This document shows positions 63,371 to 64,000 of a stretch of DNA of 64,000 bases, piece by piece. The stretch is from Candidatus Faecivicinus sp. (GTDB taxonomy: Bacteria; Bacillota; Clostridia; Christensenellales; Aristaeellaceae). The first letter of the stretch is position 1, and every line of letters starts with the position of its first letter. The stretch covers positions 3,100 to 67,099 of the forward strand of contig JBJEUD010000085.1 in NCBI GenBank assembly GCA_051883655.1, written 5' to 3'. The translations under genes were made by a program, and so were the position numbers. The notes beneath the pieces are model-generated. The model did not search any database and was not told the DNA's origin. It worked only from the letters and a program-made list of their open reading frames with translations.

Positions 63371-64000
63371 TCAATCGTAATAGACCCATTTTTTGGCCGT
63401 GCCGAAGATGATTCCCGTGAAAACGGCGATGATCACCACCAGCACCCAGGCCAGCGCGCAGGCATATCCCATCTTGAAATACGAGAAGCCCTGCAGATAG
63501 ATATTCAGCGTATAGAACAGCGTCGAGTTCATCGGTCCGCCGGTGCCTCCGGAAACGATGTAGGCCGGCGTGAACGCCTGGAACGCGTTGATGAACTGCA
63601 TCACGACGTTGAAAAAGACCATTGGAGTGAGCAGCGGCAGCGTAATTGCAAAGAACTGCCGGGGCTTGCTTGCGCCGTCGATGGTGGCGGCTTCATAATA
63701 ATCGTTGCTGATCTGTTTGAGCGAGGACAGGAAGATTACCATTGATGCGCCGAACTGCCAGATCAGCAGCACAATCAGCGTATAAATAGCCGTATCCGGC
63801 GAATTGATCCAGTTCCTGCCCTGAATGCCGAATACGCTCAGCAGCCGGTTGATCAGGCCTTCCTTATTGAAAATCTGTCTCCACAGAATGGATACGGCAA
63901 TGCTGCTGCCAAACAGGGAAGGAAGATAGTAGACTGCGCGGTAGAACCGCACGCCGCGCCGGTTGCGCTTGAACAGCACCGCGAGCAGCAGCGCGAACAC
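63371..64000 (-). CDS. Carbohydrate ABC transporter permease (CUT1 family), N-terminus outside the window
   Basis: EAA loop EAATIDGASKPRQFFAITLPLLTP. The ORF is open to the window edge. Confidence 0.88.
   Translation of the reverse strand: MFALLLAVLFKRNRRGVRFYRAVYYLPSLFGSSIAVSILWRQIFNKEGLINRLLSVFGIQGRNWINSPDTAIYTLIVLLIWQFGASMVIFLSSLKQISNDYYEAATIDGASKPRQFFAITLPLLTPMVFFNVVMQFINAFQAFTPAYIVSGGTGGPMNSTLFYTLNIYLQGFSYFKMGYACALAWVLVVIIAVFTGIIFGTAKKWVYYD

Overview
This is a 64-kb, high-G+C chromosomal segment. Its gene content fits an endospore-forming, Clostridia-type Firmicute: bofA, ytfI/ytfJ, a CotH-family gene, rny, and strong GGAGG Shine-Dalgarno (SD) sites. The taxonomy is an inference only. 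I support about 65 protein-coding genes, 2 TPP riboswitches, several sigma-A-like promoters, several hairpin terminators and 2 gene remnants. I saw no rRNA, tRNA, CRISPR array or intact mobile element.

Layout, left to right:
- 0.1-5.3 kb (-): murJ, ruvB, NUDIX, GNAT, queA, bofA.
- 5.4-10.2 kb (+): split ThrE-type exporter, then serC-serA-DUF1015.
- 10.3-13.3 kb (-): EamA transporter, proB-proA.
- 13.6-20.5 kb (-): polA, coaE, SLT transglycosylase, orphan family-5 binding protein, cytoplasmic class-A beta-lactamase-like protein, His-phosphatase.
- 21.3-27.1 kb (-): operon of CotH kinase-like protein with 3 lamin-tail domains (LTDs), VTC-type polyphosphate-polymerase-like protein, DUF4956 membrane protein, and a second 2-LTD protein. 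This is the most interesting, functionally undescribed module.
- 27.3-28.8 kb: rny.
- 29.1-31.3 kb: large polytopic membrane protein plus a collapsed paralogue remnant.
- 31.4-34.7 kb: methyltransferase, ytfI/ytfJ, an unknown protein, GNAT.
- 34.9-39.5 kb: MarR, double-activase fusion and dehydratase-like subunit.
- 39.6-46.2 kb: thiamine salvage super-operon with two TPP riboswitches (thiM thiE | thiW thiD tenA thiZXY).
- 46.4-55.0 kb (-): two cytoplasmic BNR/sialidase-like proteins, a PIG-L deacetylase, an HpcH aldolase, an ABC importer and a GntR regulator. G+C is visibly lower here.
- about 55.3 kb: IS-transposase remnant, then an AraC regulator.
- 56.4-64.0 kb (-): SDR, DUF1537 kinase, thiolase, BKACE (beta-keto-acid cleavage enzyme), TIM-barrel isomerase, RpiB-like isomerase, PPC protein and ABC permeases, running off the window.

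Many long ORFs in the track are antisense or out-of-frame artefacts of the high G+C and were rejected.
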